DNA of 64,000 bases, taken from assembly GCF_009914755.1 (NCBI RefSeq), contig NC_060942.1, one strand, 5' to 3'. Shown here piece by piece: positions 1 to 15,248 of this stretch (its first letter is position 1; every line of letters begins with the position of its first letter). Made by a program: the position numbers and the translations under genes. The notes beneath the pieces are model-generated. The model was given only the letters and a program-made list of their open reading frames with translations. It was not told the DNA's origin and did no database searches. The stretch comes from the human T2T-CHM13v2.0 reference genome, Homo sapiens.

Positions 1-1832
1 AACCAAATTTCACCACTGAAGTCAAGTCTGACTGCTAGAGTCATTAGATTGGAAGCTTCTATAACATTAACCCCAGTGTGAGATGTATTTTACATTAGAA
101 ATGAAGGGCTTGCCATCTTTAGAGCTGCCGATTATGAGAAATTTCTTCAGTGTTCTCAGATGCCTGTGAAAACCTGTTTTGGAAAGATATAATTAATCAC
201 TGGCCATTTAAATAGCCATGAGATTTTATTTCAGACTAGCTTGGGAGGTGGAAACAGACCCTTCAAGGTGGATATGCATGAGTTTTAAGATCTTAGAGAT
301 CATCACTCCCTGCTCTGAGGGAATAATGCAGTTTTGGAGGAAGGGACACTGTACTCAGGTCTATCTAGCCTCTGTGTCAGGTGTTTTGTATATGATTTTA
401 CTTAATCCTCCAAACAGTCTTTTGTGATAGGGGACATTGTTAATCCTCATTTGGCGGAGGAGAAGTACTGGGGTCAGAATTTGGTCAGTCTGGCCATCAA
501 GTCATGCCTCTTCTGTGAGGCCACCGCGCAGTCCCCAAGCAGCACATGCCACCCCAGGAGGGTCCCATCATGCCTCAGGAGGGGGAGAGGGTGCAACCTG
601 TCTCCCCTTTAAGTGCAACTTACACAGAACCTACATGGAGATCTTTAAGGTGGTAAATGACCAAGCAGAGCCCAGTCAAATCAATGCTCTACCACCAAAA
701 CGAATGGAAAGGAAATTAGACCAGTAAGTGTGAGAATGGAGGTAAAAATCAGATTTGCAATTTGACTGAGACTACAAAGCCATTCCTCAGACTCAGCAGC
801 CTACTGTCCTAGGGAACTTACTTGACCTGCCAATAAAAGGATTGGTCCTCTCACCTAAGGCCTTTTCTCATCTCTGCTTTTAACTGCTTTTGATCTCCCT
901 AAGAGTTAAAGCTAATTTCCAGGTTTCAAAATTCAGTAAGCCCTTCTGCCCAGGAGCTGATGGCCATAGCAGTTTCCAGAAAGACAGCTTGAGGTCCTCT
1001 TTCTGCTACAGTTCCACCCACATGTGTGTATGTATCTGAACAGATCTCCTAGGAGCCTAGGAAAGTATACACAGACAGGAGAAGGAGAAAGAGAGAAGTA
1101 CAACATTTCCCTTTTTAATTTTTTAAGTGATTACATTTTTAACATATTTTTCCAGTAACTACAATTAGAACATCTACTCTGTGAGGGGATTTGTTTTAAA
1201 GGATCTGATTTCTATATCCTTTTATATAACTGCCTCAAGTGTCTATAACTTAGATACGGTGCTGGGTTAGCTATCTAGGCTTTTAAATTTTCCTTTTCCA
1301 AGTATTTTCAAATATTCCTATTTTGGGTTTTTCTTGTGTTCTTATTCTAATGGTCATAATAAAAAGACTCAATATTTCGTTATTTTTCTGATCATTGTAT
1401 AACAAAGCAAAACAAAAAACATCCCAGGTCCTCAAGAACTTATCTTCTCTGGATGAATAGTTCTAGGGCAAAGGTTTCCCCTTCCTGGCAGATGACTCAG
1501 TTGTTATAAACCTTAATGACAGTGATTGGTACACCTTAAAGCAGCTAGGATTGTGAAACATTTCATTTTAGATGGAGCCTTGGAAAAGGATCACATGTAA
1601 TAAGTACGTGGAATTGTCAGGATGGTGGTGATAATGCACCAGGCACCAGCTGATTAGGCAGCCCCTGTACCATCAGTAACAAACACTGTCTTATCTGTAA
1701 ACCTTAGCCACGACAGCACCCTCCTCATGAGGAAATTCTCAGTTTCCAGTTTGGCAGTATTTCATGAATTAATTCTCATAGTCCTCTGAAAGTTTCTAAG
1801 CCAATATTACGGTAAATATAAAAAAGGCAATT

Positions 1833-2142
1833 GGCTGGGCACCAAGGCTTATGCTTGTAATTCCAACATTTTGGGAGGCCAAGGCAGGAGGATTGTTTGA
1901 GGTCAAGAGTTTGAGACCAGCCTGGGCAACATACAGAGACGCTATCTTTAAAAAAAAAAATAGCTGGGCATGGTGGCGTGTGCCTGTGACTGCAGCCACT
2001 CAGGAGGCTGAGGTGGGAGGTTCCCTTGAGCCCAGGAGTTAGAGGCCGTGGTGAGCTATGATCACACCACTGCACTCCAGCCTGAGCAAGCAAGACACTG
2101 TCTCTAAAAACAGAAAGAAAGTAAAATAAAATAAATAAAAAA
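1833..2142 (+). mobile_element. Alu (AluJ-like)
   Basis: Dimeric Alu with A-rich linker and tail, diverged. Confidence 0.85.
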
Positions 2143-2156
2143 GATAGTTAGTATTG

Positions 2157-2290
2157 GCTGGCCATGGTGGCTCATGCCTGTAATCCTAGCATTTTGGGAG
2201 GCTGAGACTGGTGGATCACTTAAGGCCAGGACTTCATGACCAGCCTGGCCAACATGGTGAAACCTCCATCTCTAAAAAAAAAGAAGAAGA
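2157..2290 (+). mobile_element. Alu left monomer
   Basis: ggctggccatggtggctcatgcctgtaat...tctctaaaaaaa, no right arm. Confidence 0.8.
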
Positions 2291-2859
2291 AAAGAAGATA
2301 GTTAATATCAAAAAAACCAAAACAAAAACAGAATACACTTCTCTCCTTGGAAGCTCCAACAGTCCCAAGAAACATCCATTTTCTACTCTGAATCTCCCTC
2401 CCGTTTGTGTCTTCTTTTGGCAGGTGCTGCCTCTGTGTTATTCTTTCTTCTGGTTTTAGCTTTTTGGATCATTTATAATGACAGTGTAGGATACAAAGGA
2501 ATAGTGAAGGAAGGGGAAGCTGAAGAATGATGGCCCTGAATGACCAAATGGGAATGTGTACTTGAGATAATGCTCCGGGAGCCCCCAGATTAGTGACATT
2601 CATAAGCTATGTGATTGCCAACCTACAAAGCAGCCCACAAAAAAGAAGGAATTCCTGTTAAATAGGGTCCACCGAAACAGACCACTTTCTCCAGGTGTCA
2701 CGCTGGGTTTTTATGTCTTCCAGCTAGTAAGTGCTGGAGCTGGGATTTGACTAGGGAGAGAGGAGCTGGGGGACTAAGGGAGACTCATAACTGAAGAGTC
2801 CCTGTATTCAGCCGCAGATTGTACAAGAAATGAGAGAGAAATTGTAGCTGCCTTTAAAG

Positions 2860-3400
2860 ACAGTGCAGTCACTGTTGGTTAGTGATAGATATCCCAACGG
2901 AATCCAGAGAAGGGAGAAAAAAATCTAGGAACAGCTTCAGGACTCCTTGGGTTATAAGAGAAAAATTTACAAGTTGGCTGAAGCAGATTGGGACTTACTG
3001 GCTTGCAAGTTTGAAACTTGGGAAGGCTGGGGCTCAAGCTGGCCCCAGGAATGACAGGAATCAGAAACTTGCATGCCACCAGGACTTCCTCTTGTCCTCT
3101 GTTCTCCCGCCTGCACCTCTCTCTGTGTGTTGGCTTTGTTCTATCCAACCAGTTCTTTCTCTGTGGCAGGGGATGTGGCTGTAGGCAGTGCCAGACTGAG
3201 GTCCTAACAGCTCTGCCACAGACAGGACATGGTTCTTTCTGCCTCCAGCTCCATTTTGGAGCATTGCGGTGAAATATTTTGCTTGCCCTGACTTAGCTAT
3301 TTGCCAATTTCTTGCGGCCAGGGGTGAGGTGTCATGATTGGCTCAGTTTGGCTCAAGTACTCACCCCTGTGGCCAGGAGGGGGATGGAAACACGGCCTTG
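2860..3400. mobile_element. Old MaLR LTR (MLT1J/K-like), degraded
   Basis: Resembles the MLT1 consensus (gtcatgattggctcagtttggctcaagtactcacccctg). Confidence 0.45.
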
Positions 3401-3482
3401 GGAACTCAAGATTGAGAGGCCACTGCATTTTGTGTCAGCTACAAATAACTAATCTTGAGTGATTTAAAAAATAATAATTTTT

Positions 3483-3761
<279 letters not shown>

Positions 3762-4204
3762 ATTTTTAAAAGGATAAAATAGTGTTTTTAAAGCAGTTAT
3801 GCTAGAAGGGAGATTCCATCCCTTAACCAGCTGCCCATGGAACTAGACTCATTGGTTATCCTCTTTTCTATTCAAAAAACACACAGGCATTAGGATCAGA
3901 GCTGGGAGAGTGACTTTCTCCAAGGTACTCTTCTGCTAGACATGATCGGCCCTGACTATCAGAATCCCATCCTTTTGCTTCCCCCACAAACCCTCACTCA
4001 AGACTGCACTATTCTTGAAAACTTCAGGGAAAGAGAAAGCAATTAATGGCCCCCCAAAGTTAGTGATTTCTGAGATATGCCCCAAATAGCTACTCTTTAG
4101 AGATGTTTTCCTAATTCATTAAAGGAAATGAAAGACTGCTACTCTACTTAGCTTTTGAATTTCTTATGCTTAATCACAAATAGCTCCTTCCAAGTGATTC
4201 TTTA

Positions 4205-4363
4205 AAGAGATAAAGGGTCTTGCTATGTTGCCCAGGCTGGAGTGCAGTGGCTACTCACAGGCACAATCATAGTGCACTGTGGCCTTGAACTGGGCTCAGG
4301 TGATCCTCTTGCCTAAAACTCTGGAGAAGTTGAGACTACCGGTGTATGCCACCATGCCTGGCC
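4205..4363 (-). mobile_element. Alu monomer (FRAM/AluJ-like)
   Basis: gggtcttgctatgttgcccaggctggagtgcagtgg...catgcctggcc. Confidence 0.75.
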
Positions 4364-4449
4364 CATTTGGTCTTAAAAACAGCAGACGTTAAGACTTGTA
4401 GAAATAAAAAAATTACTTAATTTAGCATTAAAGGGAGACTTAGTAGACA

Positions 4450-5190
4450 GAAAGAATATACCCAAATGGAAAAAAAAAAACCCTAATTATTCAAAAATTC
4501 TAATGATAGTTGAGAAGAAAACAATAATTACAAATAAAGGAAAAAAAGAAATAAATATTTTACTTTTTGTAGATTTTATGAATCTGTCATTGGAAAATTC
4601 AAAGGGATCTATCAAAAATTATCAGAGGTAATAAGTTCTCCTAAATGCACATATGAAATAAATCTGCAAGATTTATTATTTGTACATGTGAATGCCATAA
4701 TGCTAAAATATACAATGCTAAGAAAAAATTCCTTTTTTTTGTTTGTACAAATATTGAATTACTGAGAATTAACTCAGGACACAAAACATTTAAGGAAATC
4801 ATAAAATCCTAACATGAAAGATAAAAGAGGACAAGAATAAATGGACAGATATATGCTATTGCCAGTTGAGAACTGTAAGTAAAGAAGACAGTAATTCTTA
4901 ACTAAATATAACACATAGGTTTTTGCATGATTGATGCATTACCAGTTGAAGTTATAGCAGAATAGAAAATAGAAATTGACAATTGGGTAGTCACCTGGAG
5001 GACTAAAGGACTCGATATGAAATAGTAAATATGTATACATTTATGTAAAATTGCTCTGTCAAATTTGAAACATTTTAGAAAGTAATAAAAACCAAAACAG
5101 TATAGCATTGGGTTAAAAGAGGATAAACTGACCAGAGGAGTCTATTCTATTGTACATATATTAGAAAATGAATGTAAGGCAAAATAGAAG
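4450..5190 (+). mobile_element. Ancient L1 (L1M) fragment
   Basis: A-rich degraded sequence resembling L1 ORF2 segments. Confidence 0.45.
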
Positions 5191-5789
5191 CAATATGACA
5201 ACTGGAGAGAGAGGCTATGGCGCTCAGCTTGCCTCTGCCTCCCTGCCTCCAGGTCTGAGCTGCTTTCATGAGCTTGGGTGCTAAGTGACTTAGGGCCTGC
5301 CAGGTTTCTCTCTTCTCTACACACACGTCAAAAGGTGCAGATCGGTGTGTTGTTGGATCTTGCACCTGGCTGGAGAATGGTATTATCTCAGGATTTTGGA
5401 GCAGGCTTCAGTTTGCAGGCCCAGTTGCATGCTCCAGCTCAGCTTCATCACAGGGTTGCACTCAAGGTATTGGGCACCAATTCAGTCTTCTCAAACCAGT
5501 ACTTTCTTATTTGCTATTTCTTGTAGCAAATTTTTTGGGAGTCTCAAGCAGAAGGGAAGGATTGAATGGATATGGCTGACAAGTTGCTTGCTTGCTTTTT
5601 TTTTTTTTTGGTGATCTAATTCTCAACTTTTATTAGAATGGTTCAATGTTGCTGTATCATTAGCTCCTCCAAAATAACACTAGAAAAGCATCCTTTTTCA
5701 GAGTGTTATAAACCTTAAGATGTGTTTTATAATAGATTTGAATAATCATTTGATGATAGGGCAATGGGCTAGAGTTGCTTTCTTAACTG

Positions 5790-6240
5790 TGTGAAAGGAA
5801 AATAAAATCCTGGGACCCCAAAATCACTAAGCTAAAGTGAAAAGTTAAGCTTGGGAACTGGTGTCATGCAAAAACTGCCTTCTGTTTGTTCCTAAACAGA
5901 TAGCTGTAATTTCACATACTTATGTAAAATGTAGATCTACTGAGCATGAAACAAATGCATAATTGACTTTCCCCACTCCTCTCTTTTCACATGTAAAATG
6001 TGGATTCAGTGAGCCTTAATCAAAGCCTTACAAGAATGGGACCACTTGCCTCATTACCTATCCTCCCCCTTTTTTCTTTCCGCTTTCCTTTCCTGCCTGC
6101 TCTTTCTCCTTTAAATATTGAAGCACAAGCTGCAGATCCTAGTGTGACTTGTGTTTCTTTTTCCCAGGCACATTCTCAGCCTTGGCAAAATAAACCTCAA
6201 AATTGATTGAGATCTGTGTCAGACAACTTTTTGGTTTACA
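5790..6240 (+). mobile_element. ERV1 solo LTR (MER4 group)
   Basis: TGTGAAAGGAAAATAAAATCCTGGGACCCC...TTGGTTTACA (TG..CA ends), 4-bp TSD ACTG, AATAAA near the 3' end. Confidence 0.82.
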
Positions 6241-6675
6241 ACTGCAATACAATAAAAACTCACTACATATTATTCTCAAGTCACTGCTTAATAGAGATGA
6301 TTGGGGTAAGTGGATATCAGGAGAGAGAAAAATTAATTAGATGTATGCTTACTCTATATAACACAATGAATTTGAAACCGTTCAGATGGCTAAACGTTTA
6401 AAAATATATGAAAAACTGGAAGAAAACAGAATAACATATGAACATATGTTTCCTTAGCCTAGGCAGTAAAATTGAGGTTTTAGAGTATTAAGTAATATTC
6501 TTCTGTCCTTTGCCTCCATCTGCTCTGTGAGACCTTCCACCACTCACAAGGGCTCCATCATAGTTTCTGGAATTTCAGCAGTTTTCTCACATAGGCTCAA
6601 AAACATGTTCTCTCAGCTACATGTGGCATCCACCATTACCCTCTGTGGCTCAGCTCCCACCAGTGTTTCTCTGCT

Positions 6676-7713
6676 GTTATGGGTGGCATAGTGAATGGTG
6701 CAGAATATGCCACCCCAAAATGTGCCACTTTGGTATAAGGATTATTTTGAGCTAAAGGCAGTTGAGAAGAATCAGATACAAGAAAAGCTCTGTGCCCTCC
6801 CCGCTATTAATCTAAAAGCAGGACATCAATTTACAAAGGTGTCCTTCCTTCCTTCTCTACCAGGAAGGGCAAAGGTTGGTCACTGGAGACACAGTTAGGC
6901 CATTATCAGCCTGGGGAGGGCACCAGAGGAATCTACGTAACAAACTTTACTATTTAGCCTCTATTTAACATGAATTTTCTGTATCATTGGCTTCCCACAA
7001 CTGCTGCACTTACAGGCTTAATTAACATCCTTTCCTTTTGCCTTGTCATTTTTCTAAAAATGTACTAATTCTTTGTTGAAGATGCTATATAAGCTGGAGA
7101 TCTAAGCCACCTCTTTGAGGGTTACTCTGTCCTTGAGTTTTCTCTCATGTACATTTGAAATGTACATGTTCATAAACTTCTGCTTGTTTTTCTCTTGTTA
7201 ATCTGTCTTTTGATACAGGGGGCCCAGCTGAGAACTCAGAAGGGTAAAGAAAAATATTTTCTCCACTATAATTGCGTTTCCCCAAATTCAAATGCTGAAG
7301 TCTTAGCCTCTAGTACCTCAGAATGTGATCTTACTTGGAAATAGAGTCCTTGTAGATGTAATTAATTAAGATGAGGTCATACTAGAGTAGGGTGGGCCCC
7401 TAATATGAGTGACGTCTTATAGAAGGGGGCATTGGGACACAGACATGCATACAAGGGGAACATCATGTGAAGATGAGGGAGAGATCAGGGTGATGCTTCT
7501 ACATGCCAAGGGACACCAAAGACTGCAGCAAACACCATAGGTGAGAGGCATGAAACAGATTCTCTCTCACAGCCCCCTCAGAAGGAAACAACACTTAATC
7601 TTGACACCTTAATCTTGGTCTTCTGGCCCCCAGAACTGAGAGACAGTAAATTCCTGTTGTGTGAGCCACCCAGTTTGTGGCATTTTGTTACAGCAGCCCT
7701 AGGAAACTAAGAC
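6676..7713 (+). mobile_element. MaLR LTR (MLT1C-like); bulk at 7271-7713
   Basis: gtacctcagaatgtgatcttacttggaaatag...gttacagcagccctaggaaactaagaca. Confidence 0.78.
6690..7270 (+). mobile_element. ERV1 LTR (MER34-like) nested in an MLT1 LTR
   Basis: cagaatatgccaccccaaaatgtgccactttggtataaggattattttgagc start. Interrupts the MLT1 5' end tgttatggg...aattgcgtttcccc. Confidence 0.65.
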
Positions 7714-9614
7714 ACCTGCCAAGACCTTTCCAAAATGCAAGTGCCACAAGGGCAGAGACCAAGTGTGTCTTATTTGTCACTATGTTGCCAGAGTTTAGCC
7801 CAGAGTCTGGCATACCGTGCTCAGTCAGCCTTGATAGCTAACAATAGCCTAATCCTCACCCGGGGCCAGTGCCCACAGATCTGGCAGTGCAGCTGTGTCG
7901 TGGTGGATAATCTGTGATTGTGCCGGGGACGTGGCTGTCATGAGGGTGTTTTTCAGTGGAGGGTCACTACTGCTTGTGCTGCCGCTGTTGGTGGCCAGGG
8001 CTGCAGCCTAGGTGAAGCTGGGTGCTGCTGGATGCAGCTGGTATGCTGGAGCTGTCCCATGTTCCCTGAAACGATGCTAAGTTTTGTGACAAACGGAAGA
8101 GAACTCGTTTCTTCAAAGCAGTATTACCAGTGTTGCATGGAAAGCTTATATAAGAGTAATTTCTTTGCTTTTCCCTTTACATTTCACTGTTTCCCTAAGA
8201 CTTAGATATGAGTCCATGAAACCTGCCTAGAGGAAAACTATCAGACTCACTAATGATGTGCAGAACTCAAAATTTCACCTCGCATCCAAGGAACGTGGCA
8301 CTGCTCTTTTAACAAATTGTGAGGTCTGATCATTGGCCCCTCAGGTGGCGTTCCCTCAGTAGGTGCCCTAGTGACCATTACTGGCAGTCTCCTGCTGGGC
8401 CGATCTCACTGACATTCTAGACTTGCTCCATTATGTCTGATTCCCCAGGTGAGAACTACCCAAGTGAAGCTATCATCCCAACTCACATTTGAGCACTCAA
8501 GTTTGCTCTCATATGGTGGGACTGCAGTATAACTTCTGTTTACAATGTCACCAAGAAATTATTTTCAGTCTCTACTGCTGAATGCAATTGCACAATCAAT
8601 TTCATTCATTCATTCATCCATTTATTCAAGAAGATTTTATTAATACATTCATTCAACAAAAAGTTTTATTCATACATTTGTTCAACAAATGTATGAATGG
8701 TGAGCCACTTGGTTTGTGGCATTCACCATTTCAAATTTCAAAATTCAAAATTTACCAAGTTTCAAATGGAAAAGGTTTGGTTCTTAAAATGGCAAGACTT
8801 GTCACCTAGATCATTCATTTTCAAATGGCAGTGAATGAATAGTTCTTTTGTATCTCAACCTACTAGAAATAGACTATGTTAGTTGACTGACTGATTTCAC
8901 TGGCCTGTATTTGGGTTTAGAATCTCATAGAATGCCTATGTATGTTAACAACATATCAAGTGACCCAACGCTTTCGGAGGTTTATGGAAAGCATCCAACA
9001 TTCTTACTCAGGTATTTCTTATCTGTATCATTTTATCGGCAGCCCCTGTCCCTTCCTTTTAGACAGTAAACAGAAAAAGAAGGACTTACAAATCTTTCAG
9101 AAAGAAAAAGAGTGTGTCTGTGGAAATATAGGTTATTGCTATCTTTTTAAAAGATTCAATCTAAAAATTTAATTTTTCTCCTTCTGTTCAAATCCAATTG
9201 TCCATCTGCTTTGCATTCCCTTGCTTCCCTGTGGCTTACTTTACACCTTTTCCCGGGTTTATTAACACTTGTCATTCAGTCATCTGTCCTCCCAAATCAG
9301 CTGCAGCCGCAGTCTAATTTAACAGTTAAATGACTGGCTATTCCCCTGGCTTTCATGTGGGCTAATTTGAACAATCTGCAGTCCTCTGTTTAGTTTATTT
9401 TAATTTTCAGCCTTCTGTGGATGTTATCTCCTAGAGCAGCAGAGCACGTTTTTGTTTTTGAGCTCAGAGCAACAGATGCTCTCCTAATTTTCCCATGGAG
9501 AAGGCAACCAGGAAAACTAGAACCGCGCAGTTCTGGGGGCTGGGGGATTCTGCACCACTAGCATGGGCTTCTGCTACTGCGGCGTAGATTTCTCTGCCTT
9601 CGTTTCCACTTTGA

Positions 9615-9976
<362 letters not shown>

Positions 9977-10169
9977 TAGTATAAAACTATTCTAGAACTC
10001 ATGGTAAGACACTAGGTTTCAGGATTCTTGAGGTTTCTTATTCATCTTTACATACCTAACAGCACCCCCAACCCACTTCCCACTACCTGGGAGTACTCAG
10101 TAAATATTTGTGAAATTGAGTGGAACAGATTAGCATATTCAAAGGCATGGTAAAAATAAATACAAACAT

Positions 10170-10471
10170 GTTTTCTTTTTATTATTTTTATTTTTTTTTG
10201 AGATGGAGTTTCACTCTGTCACCCCCAGTGGTGCAACCTCGGCTCACTGCAACCTCCACTTCCCGGACCTAAGCCATTCTCCTGCCTCAGCCTCCCAAGT
10301 AGCCGGCACTACAGGCATGCACCACCAGGCCCAGCTAATTTTTGTATTTTTAGTAAAGACAGGGTTTCACCATGTTGGCCAGGCTGGTCTCGAACTCCTG
10401 ACCTCAGGTAATCCACCTGCCTCGGCCTCCCAAAGTGCTGGGAGTACAGGCGTGAGCCACCATGCCCGGCC
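10170..10471 (-). mobile_element. AluS
   Basis: Antisense Alu with a small internal deletion. Confidence 0.88.
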
Positions 10472-11324
10472 GCATATTTTATTTTTTAAGAAGAAGCTTT
10501 ATAGTAGAGATAATATCTCATTTGTATTATTATAATTATCAGCTAGTTAGGACTAAATAATATTTATTTTCAAATATAATTGTGCCATTTTCCCTCTTTT
10601 CCGAATGGCAGTCCTTCTGTTTGACATAAAATATTGGGAAATAAGCAAAACACATCACTCCAAATTCTAAATCCTCATGAAATCTGAACTAAAAGACAAT
10701 AAACTTACAGCAAAAAGACAACAGTTTTCTATAATCCAGAATTCATTTTCTTATATAGCTTACATTTTGTTTAAAATTGATATTATAATTTGATATTTGT
10801 GCAGACTTAGCTAGTTTCCTAGTTGCCATAGGCTTTGGCTCTGACTATGACCTGTGTCTAAGGCACCCGAGCACCTTGAAAGGGCAATAGGGTGTGATCA
10901 GCATTCTCAGCTGCAAAACTTATTTCTCTGTGGAACAATACTGGTTATTGATTCAAAGCTGATGAGGGTGGAGGAAAAGTGTGTGGAATACAGAGGTTTG
11001 AGAAAGGGAAAATGGCCTGTCTACAAAGCTGATTTGAGAAAATCCTGCAAATTTACCATTCATCTATTCAAAAAAAATCATTGAGCACCTTCTACGTGAC
11101 AGGTACCATTCTAAGCACTGGAGAGACAAGAGAGAACAAAACAGTAGATTTTGAAAGTGTTAGAAAAAGCATTACATACATGTACATAAGAGAGAGTGCC
11201 TGGGTAGTTACTGTATTTTGGGAAGTCCAATCAAACCTCCTGAAGGTGATAATTAAGGGAAAATCCAAATAAATTACAGCATGAGTGTGGGAGATACTGA
11301 GGAATAAAATGAAAACAGACATTC

Positions 11325-13115
11325 TTTTCAATTTTTTTTTTACTTTTATTCCAACATTGCTTTATTTTATTATTATTTTTTATTTCAATAGTCTTTGGGG
11401 TACAGGTGGTTTTTGGTTCCATGGAGAAGTTATTTAGTGGTGATTTCTGAGATTTTAGTGCAACCGTCACATGAGCAGTGTACACTGTACTCAATATGTA
11501 GTCTTTTATCCCTCACCCCCTCCCACTCTCCCCACACCAAGTCCCCAAAATCTATTATATCACCTTTAGGCCTTTTCGTCCTCATAGCTTAGCTCCCATT
11601 TATAACTGAGAATATATGATACTTGGTTTTCCATTCCTGAGTTACTTCACTAGAATAATGGTCTCCAGCTCCATCCAAGTTGCTACAAAAGATATTATTT
11701 CATTCCTTTTTATGGCTGACTAGTATCCATGGTGTATATACACCACATTCTCTTTACCCACTCATCAGTTGTGAATTGTGCTGCTACAAACATGCATGTG
11801 CATGTGTCTTTTTCATGTAATGACTTATTTTCCTGTGGGTGGATACCCAGTAGTGGAATTGCTGGATCAAATGGTAGTTCTACTTTTAGTTCTTTGAGGA
11901 ATCATGCTGTTTCCCATAGTGGTTGTACTAGTTTACATTCCTACCAACAGTGTAAAAGTGTTCCCTTATCACCACAGACACACCAACAACTATTATTTTT
12001 TTGAATTTTAAATTATGGCCATTCTTGCAGGAGTAAGGTGGTATCTCATTGTGGTTTTAATTTGGATTTCCCTGATGATTAATGATGCTGAGTATTTTTT
12101 TTCATATGTTTGTTGGCTGCTTGTATATCATCTCTTGAGAAATGTCTCTTCATGTCCTTTGCCCCCTTTTGGATGGGATTGTTTTTTCCTGTTGATTTGT
12201 TTGAGTTCCTTGTAGAATCTGGATACTGGTCCTTTGTGGGATGCACAGTTTGCAAATATTGTTTCCCACTCTGTGGGTTGTCTGTTTACTCTGCTATCAC
12301 TCTTGCTATGCAGAAGCTTTTTATTTAATTAGGTCCCATTTATTTATTTTTGTTTTTGTTGCATTTGCTTTTGGGGTCTCAGTCAGGAATTCTTTGCCTA
12401 AACCAATGTCCAGAAGAGTTTTTGTGATGTTATCTTCTAGAATTTTTATGGTTTCAGGTCTTAGATTTAAGTCTCTGATCCATGTTGAGTTGATTTTTGT
12501 GTAAGGTGAGAGATGAGGATTCAGTTTCATTATTCTACACGTGGCTTGCCAGTTTTCCCAGTACCATTTATCGAATAGGGTGTCCTTTCCCCAAATTATG
12601 TTTTCGTATGCTTTGTTGAAGATCAGTTGGTTGTTAAGTATTTGACTTTATTTATGGGTTCTCTACTCTGTTCCATTGATCTACGTGCCTATTTTTATAC
12701 CAATACCATGTTGGTTTTTTTTGTTTTGTTTCTTGTTTTTCGTTTTGTTTTGTTTTGTTTTAAGACAGAGTCTCGCTCTGTTTTATACCAATACCATGTT
12801 GTTTTTTTTGTTTTGTTTTGTTTTTTGTTTTGAGACAGAGTCTCACTCTGTCACCCAGGCTGGAGTGCAGTGCATGATCTTGGCTCACTGCAAACCTCTG
12901 CCTCCCGGGTTCAAGCCATTTTCCTGCCTTAGCCTCCTGAGTAGCTGGGATTACAGGCACCCGCCACCATGGCCGGCTAATTTTTGTATTTTTAGTAGAG
13001 AGAGGGTTTCTCCATGTTGGCCAGGCTGGTCTTGAACTCCTCGACCTCCCAAAGTGATGGAATTACAGGTGTGAGTCACTGTGCCGGCCAGTACCATGCT
13101 GTTTTGGTAACTATA
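11325..13115 (-). mobile_element. L1 (L1PB-like) 3' end including ORF2 C-terminal remnant, interrupted by Alu
   Basis: ORF 12321..12530 ([30 protein letters not shown]...KINKWDLIK) is classic L1 ORF2. L1 3' UTR and T-rich tail at 11325-11700. Confidence 0.9.
12802..13089 (-). mobile_element. AluS inserted in L1
   Basis: Alu body, (TTTTG)n tail, TSD-like a(a/g)taccatg(t/c)tgtttt. Confidence 0.88.
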
Positions 13116-14913
13116 CCCTCTTTACAAATAGTTTCTAACAAGTTCTTGAAATGAGCATTCAAGAGGAGGTGTTGAAAGCTAAAATCCTACTCTTGGAAAC
13201 TTCTCCTCCTTTCCCACCTGTATAATATCTTCCTCTTCTGAAAAATATCCCCTTTCTGGTACTTTCTGTTAGTGCCCTCTCAACATTTTGCTTATGCTTT
13301 GATCATAGCACCTAGATCACTTTGAGGCACTAATTCCTTTCCACGTCTATTCCTTTGCTCTCTACTATAAGTCCCTTAAGGACAAGCTTTATGTCTCTCA
13401 TTTTTTGTTTTGTCCATGGCTGGCGGTATCTGACATGGAGTAAGAATTTAATAAATGTATGTTCAATAAATATATTTGTCTCATCCCACAACTAGGCAAA
13501 AGGGCAGATATTGTATCACATGTATTTTTGTGTCCCCCTGAGTGGTTGGCATCAAGAGGGACAGAGTTAGTAGTGGATAAAGATTTCAAGTTCTTAAACA
13601 GATGAAAGCACCCCGAAGTTTTGGCTCAAGCTATACTTGGTCTTTGAACCTTTGTTGAAAAGATACAACGGAAAGATGGGGAACAGCCAAGGTTAGAGAG
13701 AGATTTACACAATAAAGAGAGTCAGATTTTTCAGGGTGTTTTTTGGGATTTTTCAGTAGATCAAAGTTGGACATGGTGCTGGATAAAAGGGTGGGAGTGA
13801 GAAGAAAAGGGGAATTTAGGGTAGGAGGTTGATGTATTGGACACAAGATATTTGTGAAAAAGGTCAAATGACGTTCTCAAGGATAAAAAAATGTTTCCAA
13901 TAAAAGGCAAGCACACTTTTATACCAGAAAATGATGACACAGTAATTGTGCCGGTTAGGCTTTTTGTTTTCTTGCTAGTATTACATCACCCAGTCACACA
14001 AGCGTGGTGAGCAGGGGACAATAAAAATAAGTTATCAATGCACTATTAACTCAGCGTGCTCTCACCTATTAATAAGACATTGATGTCTCCTCTTATGCGT
14101 GTCCCATTGAAAAGCACTTTCTCATTACCTCCAAGCGACATACACAAAATGGGTTTTTTAATATACTCATGTCTGTGGATGCTTGGTATAAAGACTTGTT
14201 TAAATGGTCAAAGATATCCTATTTAAGAAACAGAAAACACTTACATTGCACATTATCAACATTAGAATAGAATCTCATTATCCCTTAGCTAGTATTTGTG
14301 CAATTTATAACTCACTTTAGATTGAGTTTTGCAGAATTTCATGATCTTTGCCACATCATCAGCTGAAAATGTAGGTACTGTGTCTTTGCTCGTCAGTGTG
14401 ATATTATTAGCTAGGATGATGGCCCTGTGTTTTCTAAGCTGCAGAAATATTTTAAGAGCTGCTGCTAATTAACTATTAAATAAATGCTTGGATGAAGTTA
14501 TCTTCATAACAGATAAGCTACTTGGAAATTGTTTTCAGTAAAATGGAATGAGTTGAATTTTCTTTGTATTTTTGTTAACCTTTGCGTGTCTTCTCTAAAT
14601 CTCAGACACGGCACTATACTGTGTATTGTTTTTAGATCTGAGCTCTCTTAAAGCTTAAAGAAGGAACTGGTAAAAAGATTGCTGTGAAATGGTCTATGAG
14701 AATTAGAGGTCTTCAATACTGATGTTCCCTCTGCTTTGAGGCAAATCTAGCAGAATGCATGTGGTTGTTAACACAGGAAGAGAAAGAAACCTAATAGAGG
14801 CAAATGTTTCAAAATTTACAGAGTGAATCACATTATAATTTACAGAGAATTATATATTCAGTAAGTTGAATACTTTTTAAAAAAATCATTTTGAATGAGA
14901 AAAGAAAAACTAA

Positions 14914-15248
<335 letters not shown>

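Noticed and set aside
5190-5600. Unique-looking segment ending in a T run, possible processed pseudogene
   Set aside because: Frames examined have stops and resemble no protein I recognise; a BLAST search would be needed.
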